A DNA stretch of 64,000 bases from an uncultured Planctomycetaceae bacterium. Lineage in GTDB: Bacteria; Planctomycetota; Planctomycetia; Isosphaerales; Isosphaeraceae. The position numbers and the translations under genes were made by a program. Each line of letters begins with the position of its first letter. The first letter of the stretch is position 1. The stretch covers positions 544,001-608,000 of the forward strand of contig CAWIAD010000001.1 in NCBI GenBank assembly GCA_963833985.1, read 5' to 3'. The notes beneath the pieces are model-generated. The model was given only the letters and a program-made list of their open reading frames with translations. It searched no databases and was not told the origin of the DNA. Shown here piece by piece: positions 33,607 through 45,323 of the stretch.

Positions 33607-34056
33607 TCATTGCGATGAACCTGTTCTCAGAGTGATCTTCTTGGGCCGGGCTTCCGGACTCTTCCTGAGCGTCATGCGGAGCATGCCGCTCTCCAGCGTG
33701 GCCTCCACATCGCTCGTGTCCACGGCTTCAGGGAGCGTCAAAACCCGCTCGAAGCGGCCGAATGACAGGCCGTTGTACAGGTAGCCGCGGTTCTCCGGCG
33801 GCTTGCGCTCGCCGCGAATGATCAGGGAGCCATTATGGACTGTCACCTCGACGTCGCTCTCGGTGACGCCGGGAAGCTCAACCTCCACGTAGAGATGATC
33901 GTCATCCTCCCACATTGCCAGGGGGAGCGCCGGCCACGGCTGACCCGGCTTACCGCCGTCCTCGCCGAAAACGCGGTCGAACAGGGAATCAAACCGGCCA
34001 AAAGGACTGGTGAAGAACGGGGCCGGAACCACACTTCTGCGCAAGACCGGGAACAT
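33607..34056 (-). CDS. Hsp20 / alpha-crystallin small heat shock protein
   Basis: ELPGV, GRFERVLTLP and GMLRMTLRK motifs; GAGGAGG RBS. Confidence 0.92.
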   Translation of the reverse strand: MFPVLRRSVVPAPFFTSPFGRFDSLFDRVFGEDGGKPGQPWPALPLAMWEDDDHLYVEVELPGVTESDVEVTVHNGSLIIRGERKPPENRGYLYNGLSFGRFERVLTLPEAVDTSDVEATLESGMLRMTLRKSPEARPKKITLRTGSSQ

Positions 34057-34170
34057 CGTGAAACCTCCTCTCGAACACCTCTGGTAAGCCGCCCACATAG
34101 AGAAACCGACCGTACGCGGTGCGCCGATCAGACCTCGCCGATCGACGCGTCACTCACGATCTTGATTGAA

Positions 34171-34187
34171 AGCAAGAGCCGTGCCGA
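34171..34187 (-). promoter_or_regulatory. Sigma54 (-24/-12) promoter for the hsp20 pair
   Basis: Minus strand TCGGCACGGCTCTTGCT matches GGCAC-N5-TTGC; AT-rich tract and repeated palindromes lie upstream. Confidence 0.7.
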
Positions 34188-34511
34188 TTGCGTTATCTAT
34201 TATGTAAGTCATTGGAATTAATAAAGTTACGGAATAAAGTTCAGAATATAGAATCGCGCCATTCGCCAAAATGGCAGCTATTCCATTCTGCCATGAATGC
34301 CATATCGGCAGACTCTGGCATTCGTGCATTCTGACTGCCGAATACTGTGGTTGTTCGATGAGGCGGAACGCTTTCCTGGCAGGGCGAAGCACGTCCATTC
34401 CAGCGCCGGACCGTTGACGGATGATAGCGTGGGCGTCACCATAGCTTCCCTTCGACGTATTGACCGGCCCAGCACCTGCTGTCCCGACCCGCTCATGGAA
34501 GGATGACCCAA

Positions 34512-35843
34512 ATGCTTCTGGTGCAGCGATCCAGGCCCAGGCGATTCCGTTCCTGCCGAAGCTTCTTGCCGCCATTTCTCGAGACGGATCGGCTGGAGTC
34601 GCGCACGCTGCTCAGCTCGATCGCGGTCATTCAATGGTCGATGGCACCGCAGATCGCGCCGGACCCCGCGCACGGCAACGCGCCCGACCTGCCAAACACC
34701 CCGGAGTACGTGAACCCGCCCGGTGGTTACAACGTTTTGCTGGATGCCTCACACTCGGTGGGCATCCTGCCGGGCACAACGTTTTCCTGGACGGTCACGA
34801 ACCCAGGCGGCCAGGCCACGTCGCTCAGCGGTGAGCACCCGAACATCAACCTGCCACAGGCCACGTATTCCGTGCGGCTCACGGCCACCGGGCTTTCCGG
34901 CAAGAGCAGGCCGGTGTCCACTTCCACCAAGGTCCAGGTCAAGGACGTGCTCATCGTCTCGATCGGAGACTCCTACGCTTCGGGCGAAGGCAACCCGGTG
35001 GTCCCGAGCGCCACGGCTCCCCAGTGGGCCTATTCGCCCGACCCGGCGATGAACACCGAAAATGCGGACGCCCATCGCTCCACGATCGCCGGAGCGGCGC
35101 AGTTCGCGCTCCAGCTTCAGCAGAGCAACCCTCACGAGGCCGTCACGTTTGTCTCGGTGGCCGCGTCCGGAGCAAGCATTCCCGACGGCATCCTCGGCCC
35201 CATGCCGAGCATCGGCGACCCGACCTTCATGCTTCCCGCCCAGATCAGCGAGCTCGAGCAGATCATTGGCAGCCGGCACATCGACGTGCTTACCGTCACC
35301 GTGGGCGGTGACGACATTGGCTTCACCCCGATCATCCAGAACCTGATCAGCAACACGTACAGCGGCACCCCCACGCTCCAGGCGATCCAGAGCCAGTTCG
35401 ACACCGCGCTGGGCCAGTTGCCCGCCCACTACGCCGCGCTCGATCAGGCGATCCAGACCCTGGCCCCGAGCCAGGTACTGATCACGCAGTATCCGGACAT
35501 CACCCGCAATCAGAAGGGCCAGCCCGCCACCATCTTTGACGGCCTGATTCTGATCATCAGCAAGGCGGACGACCAGTTCGCGGCCGAGCAGATCATCCCG
35601 CCGCTGAACGCCGCCATCGCCAGCGCCGCGAGTACCTACAACTGGACGCTCGTGACAGGCCTCACGACCGACTTCCGCACCCACGGCTATCCGTCCACCA
35701 GCTCCTGGATCCGGTCCGTGCCCGCGTCGCTGGCGATGGAAGGAAGCGTCGACGGCTCGTTCCATCCCAACGCCCTGGGTCACCTCGATATCGCCAGGCA
35801 CCTGCTGGCCGCGTACAAGACGAACCTGCGCAAGCTGGGGTAA
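34512..35843 (+). CDS. Extracellular SGNH/GDSL hydrolase with a PKD-like domain
   Basis: RLESRTLLS N-terminal motif; IGDSYASGEG block I, GGDD, and FHPN catalytic motif. Confidence 0.82.
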   Translation: MLLVQRSRPRRFRSCRSFLPPFLETDRLESRTLLSSIAVIQWSMAPQIAPDPAHGNAPDLPNTPEYVNPPGGYNVLLDASHSVGILPGTTFSWTVTNPGGQATSLSGEHPNINLPQATYSVRLTATGLSGKSRPVSTSTKVQVKDVLIVSIGDSYASGEGNPVVPSATAPQWAYSPDPAMNTENADAHRSTIAGAAQFALQLQQSNPHEAVTFVSVAASGASIPDGILGPMPSIGDPTFMLPAQISELEQIIGSRHIDVLTVTVGGDDIGFTPIIQNLISNTYSGTPTLQAIQSQFDTALGQLPAHYAALDQAIQTLAPSQVLITQYPDITRNQKGQPATIFDGLILIISKADDQFAAEQIIPPLNAAIASAASTYNWTLVTGLTTDFRTHGYPSTSSWIRSVPASLAMEGSVDGSFHPNALGHLDIARHLLAAYKTNLRKLG

Positions 35844-35873
35844 GTGGTGGGCGCGGGGCCTCGGGGTCGAGGG

Positions 35874-37524
35874 TCACCGCCCGGTCGATCGCGATAGCTC
35901 GCGTACGAGCGGACCGCAGCCAATGTGGTGCGCGCCTGCGCCCGAGATGGGCAGGTCCATGAACGAGACCAGCTTGCGCTCGCGCGGCTGGACCCACACC
36001 CACTGTGTGTACTTTTGATCGTCGACATTCAGCTCCACCTGGGCCAGACCCGCGTGCTCCCCGCCTGCCACGGTGGCGACGACGGTCGGCGGGGAGAGGG
36101 TCACGCTCAGGTCGACACAGTGCGCATCGACAAGCGTGACGTTCCGGAAGGGCGATCGCACCGCGTGCACGTCGCGCAAGACCATCGGCACAGGAGCCTC
36201 CGCGGGAAGCCGGAGGCCGTCGAGATCCAGCGTACCGACATGCTCGGCGATGATGGCGGGGCGGGCGTCGTCGCGTGCGACGGACAGCCGGACGTTCTGG
36301 AGTTCGAGCGATTCAAGGTTGCGGGCGTAGAGGCCCCAGGCCGGCAAGGGCCGCGCGTCGACGCCCGGCGCGCGGACCTCGCTCCGCGTCGGGTCGAGCT
36401 TCCCTCCGCCGCTGAATTCCAGGCTCACATCGCGCAGGCAGACGCGGCCGATGGGAGCCTTCGCCCAGCTTTCCAGGGAAGCGGCCGCCAGGTACGCGCC
36501 CGTGGCGGAGAGCCGGTCGATCCAGATGCGGCCGGCCAGGTTTCCCTCCTTGATCGAGAGGTGCAGGGGCGTGGTGACGTCGTGCATGGCGATGTCCGAG
36601 ATCTTGATGTCGTCGAGCGCCCCTTCCGTGGCCATCCAGGCGCCGGGCTGGAGGCAAAGGCCGGCCAGCATGTTGGTGCGGTGCTGCGCGCGACGTGCGG
36701 TGCTCATTACGCCCGGGGCCGTAGAACAGGCAGTCGTGGATCACCAGGTGCTGCGCCGGGGCGATGACGCGTATGCCGTTGCAGGAGGAGTTGATCACGC
36801 AGCCGGAGATGAGCGTGTCCTGCCAGTAGCCGCCGGCGATGCAGTCGTCGCCCGTGGAGAGATTGCAGCCGATGATCTGGACGTCGCGGCAGGGCTGGCC
36901 CTTGCGGCCGCGGAAGTGCACGCCGTCCCACCCGCCCGTGCATTCGACCCCGCGCACGAGCACCTGGCTGGTGCGCTCGAGCATCACCGCGTAATTGGCC
37001 GCGTCGCGAATCCGGATGTCGCGCAGGGTGATGTTCCGGCTGTCACCAAAGAGGACCGCGTGCGGCCCGCGCATGTGCTCCTCGCCACGCGCATCGAAGA
37101 CCTTGTTGCCGTTGATCTCGCCCGGCCCGACGATGCTCACGTTCTCGACCTGCACACCCAGCACCAGGGCCCGGTGCCAGCGGCTGCCCGTGCCGGGCTG
37201 GTGCTCCGGAGGGGTGTAACTCTCGTACTGGTCCAGGTCTGCCGTACCCACGAGCACCGCGCCCGCCTCGAGCAAGAGCGTGATGCCGCTCTTGAGCTGC
37301 ACCGTGCCGGTGAGATAGCGTCCCGGCGGCACGCGCACCTGGCCACCCCCGGCGCTCGCGCATGCCTCGATGGCCTTGTTGATGGCCGCCTTGTCAAGCG
37401 TGGTACCGTCGCCCCTGGCACCGTGATCGCGCACGTTCACGACCGTCGCGCTCTGGACCCATCCCGGCGCAGCCACCAGGGCAACCGCGGCGAAGAACAC
37501 GCGCACCAACCGAAAGCCGTTCAT
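35874..37524 (-). CDS. Secreted pectin-lyase-like beta-helix glycoside hydrolase (GH28-like; frameshift near 36685)
   Basis: NVRDHGARGDG..D.AAINKAI..C...GGG.V.VPPG.YLTG, DGVH and TGDDCIA. Confidence 0.8.
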
Positions 37525-37879
37525 GGATACACCCCGATCCGTGCCCGCCGGGATGATCCCCACCGCGAACCTCGCCGGTCCGGGCTCTCCTCTGGTCGCT
37601 CCAGCGTGCAGCATAACAGACCGCCCGGTGGCATCAAGGCACCGGCAAGGCGGGCGGACATGTCGTACATTCCGAACCGGTTACAAGGCCACGAGCCTCG
37701 TTTTGGCGTGTCGCGAGGTCCCGCGCAGGTCGCGGCACGCAAGAGAACATGCCCCGGGAACATCAGGTACGACCGGGAGCCGGGCGTTTCTTGAAACCTC
37801 TGCGGGGTTGCGGGGTTATATTGGTGTGACGAGACTCGGCGGTGCGGGATTGTCCCGCGATCAGGATGGGAGCTCGCGG

Positions 37880-39402
37880 ATGAATCGCTGCCTGGAGATC
37901 CTGCTGGCGTTGTGGTGGGCGGGGGCAGGGGTAGGGACAGGGCCGGTTCGAGCGGAAGTCCCAACGTTTCATCGTGAGATCGCGCCCATCTTGTGGAAGC
38001 ACTGCGCGGGGTGCCACCGGCCGGGCGAGATCGGGCCGTTTTCACTGCTTGATTATCGCGATGCCGCCAAGCGGGCAGGCGACCTGGCGGAGGTCACGGC
38101 CGCCAAGCACATGCCTCCCTGGAAGCCGGAGCCGCATTTCGGCTCGTTCCTGGACGAGAGGACCCTGAGCGAGCGGGAGATCCGCCTCATCGCCGAATGG
38201 GCCCATGCCGGCGCTCCCGAGGGAGACGCCGGTGACAAGCAATCGCCGCCGAGCTTTCCCGACGGCTGGCAGCTTGGCACTCCCGACCTGGTGCTCAAGC
38301 CGGCCGAGCCGTTCGCGGTGCCGGCCGAAGGGGGCGACATCTATCGCTGCTTCGTGATCCCCATCCCCATCGATTCCAACCGGACGGTCGCCGGGGTGGA
38401 GTTCCGGCCGGGAAACCGTAAGGTGGTGCACCACGCGTTGCTCTTTCTCGACAACACCGGCGCCGCACGCCTCAGGGACACCCTCGACCCGGGCCCCGGC
38501 TACGCCAGCTTCGGCGGCCCCGGGGTCTTGCCCACGGGCGCTCTGGGCGGCTGGGCGCCCGGGGCCATGCCCCGGCCGCTACCCGAGGGCGTCGGCCGGT
38601 TCCTCCGCAAAGGGAGCGACCTCGTGCTCCAGATCCACTACCATCCCGATGGCAAGCCGGAGACCGATCAATCGGTCGTCGGCATCCACTTCTGCCGCAC
38701 ACCCGCCCGCAAGATTGTCGCCGGCGTCGCGGTCCGCAGCCGTGACCTGAACATCCCCGCGGGAGAGCAGCGGTATCACGTCGCGGCCCGGAGCGAGCCC
38801 TTGCCGGTGAACGTGCACGTCATCGGTATTGCGCCACACATGCACTACATCGGCAACGAGATGAAGGCCGTCGCCCGCACGCCCGACGGCAAGACCGTGC
38901 CGCTCATCTGGATCAAGGACTGGGACTTCAACTGGCAGGGCCAGTACCAGTACGCCACGCCCGTCGATCTTCCCAAAGGCTCGATCATCGAGCTCGACGC
39001 TTACTACGACAACTCGGCGGAGAACCCCCATAACCCCAGCAACCCACCCCGGCCCGTGCACTGGGGTTTGCAGACCACCGACGAGATGTGCCTGCTGGGC
39101 GTGCAGGTGGTGACCGACAGCCTGGACGACCTGCGGCAGATCGTCGCGCTGCGGGGGAACCGCATCGCGGCCTTCCTTGGCCGCCAGGGCGCGCCGGCGC
39201 AGTGCGGAAGGACTCCTTCGCCATCCCCGAGCGATTCAAGGACGTGCTCGGGAAATATGATTCCGACGGCGACGGCAGGCTAACCATGAAGGAAGTTGAT
39301 ACGATGCCTGAAGACCTGGCGCGGCGCGTGCGGCAGGCGATCCGGCAGCGGTTGGGTGCAGGCGGCACGGCGGCGCCGGCGCCGGCCGGGCCGGGCTCCT
39401 GA
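37880..39402 (+). CDS. Cytochrome c domain / copper type II ascorbate-dependent monooxygenase-like protein with a C-terminal EF-hand (frameshift near 39190)
   Basis: CAGCH heme motif; VVHH, QIHYH, PHMH, WDFNWQ and DEMC; DSDGDGRLT EF-hand. Confidence 0.8.
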
Positions 39403-39431
39403 GGGGCCTGGCGGACCCTACCCGCTCCGAG

Positions 39432-40811
39432 GTGTGCTGTCCGTCTCGTCTCGTCCCGCGCCGCGACGGCTGGAATGGAGGCAGCTTGCGCACGACGTTG
39501 AGCTTTGGTCTGGCAGGGATGGTGGCCGCGGCCGGATTTTTTTCGCACGCGGCGATCCTCTTCGGCTTTCCTGCCGGCGGGCTCATCGCGGCGCTCCTGA
39601 TGGGCGCCCGCACTCCCGGCCGCGGCTCCGGCCAGAGAATCGCGGCCATGCTCATTGCCATGGCGGGCTGGGGGCTGACCGGACTCATCGTCCTGTTCTC
39701 GCTCGTCAGCATGCAGGCGAGCATCGACCCGGCATGGGGAGCCATGGCCTGGGGGTTGGGATTCGGCACCGGCGGGGCCATTGCCGGCGGACCCTTGAGC
39801 CGGCTCTGGATGCCCGCCGGCAGCGACCTGGCGAAGGTTCCCTGGGGCGGTCCCATTGCAGGGCTGGCCTTCGCCGGCTCGGGCGCGATCAGCGGCTGCC
39901 TGGCGTTCCTGGGGTTCGCGAACCTGGGCGTGCACGGCCTGGCCGTCTGCGTCTGGCTCGCGTACCTGCTCGGTGGGCAGATCTGCGAGCGGGGCTGGAA
40001 CGCCAGCCTGCACTGGAGCCGTCAAGAGCGTGAAGTGCCTGGCACCACGGGCTATCGGATCGAGCCGCCCGCCCGCCCGGTACTGGCATCGGCCGATCGT
40101 CGTGCCCGCAAGGCCGCCACCTGGGCGGTCGCCGCTTGCTGCGTCCTGGTCCTGGTCCTGGTCAAGACGCGCTGGCCGATTCCCTGGCTGGATCTGATCT
40201 TGCTCACGGTCTGGCAGGTGCCGCTCATGATGCTGGGGCTGCGCGAAGTGACGTCGCAGGCGGTCTGCCTGCTGCTTGTCCTGGGCGCTCCCGCGCTGGT
40301 CTGGGGAATTGCCGCGCTTCGGTCCTCACGACAAGGTCCGGCAGCACTGACCGGGCGGAGCCGTCGCCACGCCATGCTAGGAGTTGTGGTCGGGGCGGCT
40401 TTCACCGTCCTCGCGATCCTTTTGCTCCTGCCTCCCGCGTCGGGCAGGTTCACGTTCCTGTACGGCAAGTTGCTCGTGGCCTCGGCACGATCCGCCAGTG
40501 AATGGGACCGGGGCAACCGCATCTACCAGGGGAACATTCTGATGGGCCGCGCCGCCTTGCGCAGCGGTGATCTCGCCACCGCACGCAGCTACCTGCTGGC
40601 CGCCGGACGCTCGCCCGGTTCGCCCCAGCTCGAGACCTTTGGCCCGGACATGGCACTCGCCCGCGAAATGCTTGCGGCCGGACAGAATCAACCTGTCCTG
40701 GAGTTTCTCGAGCTCTGCCACAGGTTCTGGAAGGCTGACGAGGGCCGGCTGGAGCGCTGGAAACGGGACATCCGGGAAGGCCGGGTCCCCGCTTTTGAGA
40801 GCGGGCGGTAG
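39432..40811 (+). CDS. Membrane protein with a C-terminal TPR-like helical domain
   Basis: Many TMs, then GNILMGRAAL..GD...A..YLL.AG..PGSPQL..FGP; start position uncertain. Confidence 0.6.
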   Translation: MCCPSRLVPRRDGWNGGSLRTTLSFGLAGMVAAAGFFSHAAILFGFPAGGLIAALLMGARTPGRGSGQRIAAMLIAMAGWGLTGLIVLFSLVSMQASIDPAWGAMAWGLGFGTGGAIAGGPLSRLWMPAGSDLAKVPWGGPIAGLAFAGSGAISGCLAFLGFANLGVHGLAVCVWLAYLLGGQICERGWNASLHWSRQEREVPGTTGYRIEPPARPVLASADRRARKAATWAVAACCVLVLVLVKTRWPIPWLDLILLTVWQVPLMMLGLREVTSQAVCLLLVLGAPALVWGIAALRSSRQGPAALTGRSRRHAMLGVVVGAAFTVLAILLLLPPASGRFTFLYGKLLVASARSASEWDRGNRIYQGNILMGRAALRSGDLATARSYLLAAGRSPGSPQLETFGPDMALAREMLAAGQNQPVLEFLELCHRFWKADEGRLERWKRDIREGRVPAFESGR

Positions 40812-40837
40812 CCGCTTGCCGGCTCCGGAGGAGGACG

Positions 40838-40940
40838 TAAATAGCTCCCCGTAAGAGGGAAAGTGTGGAACCGCCGCCCTCGGCCGTCCTGAGCCAGCCG
40901 AGGGCGGCTGGCCCACATTCCAAGAGGCGAGGATCTTTTA
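40838..40940. mobile_element. MITE-like element family B, copy 1 (about 103 bp palindromic element bounded by TA)
   Basis: Differs from 50290-50393 by one substitution and one indel; ends TAAATAGCTCC...GGATCTTTTA; internal GCCGCCCTCGGC/GCCGAGGGCGGC hairpin; lies between convergent genes. Confidence 0.85.
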
Positions 40941-41002
40941 CTGCGAGTGGTCAGTGTCGCTGCCCGGAACGGACTTTCCCGGCGTGGCGGTCCCTGCTCG
41001 AC

Positions 41003-43400
41003 TCACCGCGCGGACCGAAGTGAGCTCCGCGCGGCCGGTTTGCGGTTGAGCCGCTGGTAGGCCGAGGCGCCTTCGGTGATCACCAACGACTGGTCGGCGG
41101 CGACGTCGTGGAAGGTCTGACGGGTGCCGCTGGTCGGCCATTCGATGGTCAGCGACCTGACGAGCGTGACGCTGCCCAGCCCAAACCAGGCAGCCAGGCT
41201 GTTGCCGCCGAAGCTGGAACCCGCGCTGATCTGGCGATGGATCGACCGGGCCGGCAGATCGTCCGCGGGACCGAGATCGACCCTGAGCCTGGCCCCGAGC
41301 CCCGCGCGGTTGGTGCGCGTGCCCACCAGCCGGACCTCCAGCCAGTGCCGGCCGTTGCCCGGGTTCTGGAACAGGAGGTTGAACGCCCTGTCGCCGGGCG
41401 TGGCTCCTCCCGTCGCGACCAGCAAGTCCAGGTCACCATCGGCGTCGTAATCGGCGAACGACACTCCGTGGCCCTTCTGGAGATGGCCGGTGCCGCTGGG
41501 CACGGTGACATCGTCGAACCGGAATCCCGCGTTACTCAGGAGCATGACGTTGGGAACGAGCGCCGAGTACTGCGGGCGGCCAGTAGCGAGATAAAGATCC
41601 AGAAAGCCGTCATTATCGATGTCGCCGTAGTTCGCGCCCATCGGCAGCCAGACGTGCCCGAGGCCGGCCAGCGCGCTGGCCTCCTCGAACTTGCCATGGC
41701 CCAGGTTCCGGTACAGCCGCGGCCAGTTGTCGAACGAGGCCGACGAGCGGCCGGCCACGTCGGCGATCACGTCCTGCATGAGCGCGAAGGAGCCGTTGAC
41801 GTAGATGTCCATCCGGCCATCGTTGTCGTAGTCCCAGAACCAGCAGGCGAATCCGTCCGCGGGGGCGGTGAGCAGTAGCTCCAGGGCGACGTCGGTGAAT
41901 GTTCCATCGCCGTTATTGTGGTACAGCCTGTGGCCCGTGCCGCGGTTGCTGACGAACAGGTCGGGCCGGCTGTCATCGTCGTAATCGCCCCACACGGCTC
42001 CCTGCGCCCAGCGCTCGTTGCGCACGCCGGCCCGCTCGGCGACATCGGTGAATGTGCCGTCGCGGTTGTTGTGGTAAAGCCGGCTGAGGTTGCGGGCGTC
42101 CACCGCGCGCGGGCTGGGGTTGGCATCGGCCACGCGGTGATCCTCGACGGGGTAATACTCGCCGGCCACATAGAGGTCAACAAAACCGTCGTTGTCGTAA
42201 TCGCTCCAGGCGGCGGACTTGGTGGCGATGGGCACGCCCAGGCCGTTGGCCTTCGTGACGTCCTCGAACCGGCCGTCGCCCAGATTGTGCAGGAGCGCCA
42301 GAGGGTACGGGTCTTCCCAGCCTCCGCGGAGAATCAGGAGGTCCAGCCGGCCGTCGTTGTCGTAGTCGGCGTGCGTCAGGTTCAGTGCCATCGGCTGGGC
42401 GTCGAGTCCGGAGGACACCGAACGGTCCTCGAACGTTCCGTCACCCCGGTTCAGGAAGAAAGAGCGCCGCGGTCCCAGTCGGTCGATGTGGTGACGATGT
42501 CGGGCCAGCCGTCGCCGTTGAAGTCGTCGAAGACCGAGCCGCCGGACATGTTCGGTCCGCGCACGTCGAGCCCGGCCTGGGCCGCGACGTTGCGGAAGCG
42601 GCCGATCCTGGCGTGAGCCGGGGCAGGCCCGGCGCGGATCAGGAAAGGCCGCGGTACCTGGTCCGGGTACTCACCCAGCGTCATCGCGGTGATGTTCAGC
42701 AGCCAGCGCACGCCCAGGTCATCGGGCCGCTCACGGAGGTATTCCAGGAAGTAGCCCTGTGCGGCCCGCGAGCCGTCCGGGCGGGTGTGCACGGCATCGG
42801 CCGCAAGCGGATAGATGCAGCTCGACGGTCCCACGCAGGCGATGCAGTTGTCGGTCTCGCCGCGGCGCAGGGCCGCGACGCCGCGCAGGGCCACCAGGTT
42901 GGCCACCAGTCCGGCAGGCATGCCGGGCGCCCTGGCCGCATCGATCGCACGCGCAATCCAGGCATCGGCCTCGGCAAACCGGCCTTCGTACATGTGCAGC
43001 AGCGCGATGTAGGTCTGGATTCGGGAGACCTGCTGGGCGTCACCCGCCGCGCCAGCCTGCTGCAATGATTGCAGCTTCGCCTTGAGGTCGGCAATTCCTC
43101 GTTCCGACCGCCCGCGTACCGCGGCCAGGCACTGGGCCAGCGAGGCACGGTCGGCAATCGGCGCCGTGTAGGGATACGCCAGGTTGTACCCACTGTCATC
43201 CAGAAAACGCTGGCTGAAAAGTGGTGCCGCGGGTGCAGGCGCCAGGGCCGGTTCAGGCTCCCGCGACGCCAGGCCCTGGCGCAGGCGCTGGCCCGCGCGG
43301 ACGGCACGCGCCCGGGTGCAAACAGGGTGCGGGCCAGCAGCAGGCCAGACGCCAGGAGACCCACACCGATCAGAAGGGAAAAAGCCGCGAATCTCGACAT
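41003..43400 (-). CDS. CRTAC1/ASPIC-UnbV family FG-GAP repeat protein (frameshifts near 43280 and 42460)
   Basis: Repeated DYDNDGxxD motifs, LQKGHG, C-terminal ASPIC/UnbV 'GLGARL..FGLG..IEWP'. Confidence 0.85.
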
Positions 43401-43551
43401 TCGACCGGATCAACCAGGAAGAAGTTGCCGCGCGGGTCAGCCGCCCATGCTGCTGAGTTTAGCGGTATGCAAACCATCCATGCCAGGAGTTTATCGATCC
43501 GCGGCGAAGCGCTGCGCCGGTCGGGCAGGTGGCGGCCGTTCCATGGTGCGC

Positions 43552-44941
43552 TCAGGGCATGGGAACATCCGAGAACGAGAACGGTACGTCGATCGTGGTC
43601 TCGGTGAGCCGGTAGTAGCGGAGTTCCTTCGGCTCGGCGCCGGGGGCGGCAACCAGCGTCAGCGTCATCCGCGACGATTCCATGTCGGTGCGGGTCTGGA
43701 ACCAGGTGACAAGGTGACCGCGCGAGTCCAGGATCTCGATGTTCTGCTGGTGCGCTTCGGACCGGGAACTCAGCTCGGTGAGGGAATCGGGATCGGCGTT
43801 GGGGAGGCCGCCGGTCCGGCCCTCGCGGACTGCCAGCTCCAGTTGCCACTGGTGCGTGTTGGGATCGCCGCGAACCTCGTTGATCAGCAGATGAATGTCG
43901 CCGCTGGAGAACGACTTGCCCGCCGCGGTCGCCAGCGGGACGACAAGCGGGTCGGGATGTCTGGCGACGACCCTGAGAGGCACCGTACCGCGCAGGACCT
44001 TGATGGTCCGGCCAGGGGCTTCCGGCCGATTCAGCGGAGCACGGATGTGCACAACCGAGCTGCATGTCGCGCCCAGGACGTCCGTCGCCTGGCCCATCAT
44101 GGGCATTTCGGGAAGCGCCATCCGCAAGGAGTTGCCGAGGTCGTCGCGAGCCTCCAGGAGCTGGAGCGGTCCGGCCTGGCTGAGCGCCAGGCGGGGCTCG
44201 GCGGTCACCTGGAGCTGAACCGAGCAGCGCACGCTGGCGATGGGCCGGGGCAGTTGCGGCACCGCGTCGAGCCGCTGTGCGGGACGCGCCGGCTGGCGGA
44301 TTGCCGTGCATCCGCGGCAAGGCCGGGGCGAAACCGACATGGCGCTGGAATTCCAGGTCCACCAGGTGGACGCGGAACGGGCCGTGATCCGAGACCGGAT
44401 GAACCGGTATGGGGGTCCTGTCCGAGAGCGCGAGCGTCGGCTGGCTGCGCGCGGCGATGCCCCGGTACTCCAGATCGCTCTGGAGCCCGGCCGCGGTGCA
44501 GAGGCGGTCGATCGCTTTCCAGAACGGCAGCGGAGCGGAATCGTGCAGGCTGATCCGCTCACGCTTCCACCGGGGCATGAGCTCGGGCACCAGCGTGATC
44601 CTCATGCCCGACTGCTGCCCCAGAGCCGCCACCACCTCGGCCAGCGTCGCGTTCTCGAAGTTCAGCCGGACCATCGTCGGACTGGTGAGCAAGACGCCTT
44701 CAATCCTTTGCAGGAGCGCCCCGGCGCGGGTGCGAACTTCCATGTCACGCGAGGTCTCGGCCGCCTGGAGGGCTGGAATGGCCCGGCGCTGGAGCCCGAG
44801 AAGGGCGCGCGTTGCGGCTTCGCGGTCGGCGTAGCGGGGTGCGCCAAGCTGCTCGACCAGAGACTGTGGATCCGCCGGCGAGGCAGGGGCCGGGGCTTGA
44901 GCCGCGAGTTGCAACGCCAGCAGTAGACTCACACCAAGCAT
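43552..44941 (-). CDS. Secreted hypothetical protein with an N-terminal HEAT-like helix pair (frameshift near 44290)
   Basis: Signal peptide; LVEQLGAPRYADREAA..L; C-terminal 'VPFSFSDVPMP'. Confidence 0.65.
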
Positions 44942-45228
44942 TTCGAACCTCGCTTGCTCTGGCTCGCCGGAGACGATGCACGTGCCCGCGCTTTCGAACT
45001 CAAAGTTCGTCCAGCAGAAGAAGTAATCCATCATAGCCGATCGCGCCCATCTGTCCACCGGCCTCAGCTCGTTCGGGCCGGAAAAGACCGTGGCCCCGCT
45101 CCGGTCCGCGCACGATTCAGCGCGTTGCCGGAACGGCCGTTCGCGCGCGATCGGTGATCGTGCCGCAACAACCCGATCGATCGCCAGTGCGCCGTTCCAG
45201 AATTGCCGTGGACTGTTGATCTTGCCCC

Positions 45229-45257
45229 GTGACGCCGGTCGATCTTTCTGGTATGAT
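45229..45257 (+). promoter_or_regulatory. Possible sigma70 promoter (extended -10)
   Basis: GTGACG-17 nt-TATGAT with TG immediately upstream of the -10. Confidence 0.4.
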
Positions 45258-45323
45258 GATCTGGGCGGGGAGAAACCGGGTTCAGGCAGCGCCGTCTCGG
45301 CCGGCTCGAGGCCAGGGAGAGCA

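Noticed and set aside
34140..34200. CIRCE/HrcA operator for the hsp20 genes
   Set aside because: No TTAGCACTC-N9-GAGTGCTAA match; the sigma54 site explains the region better
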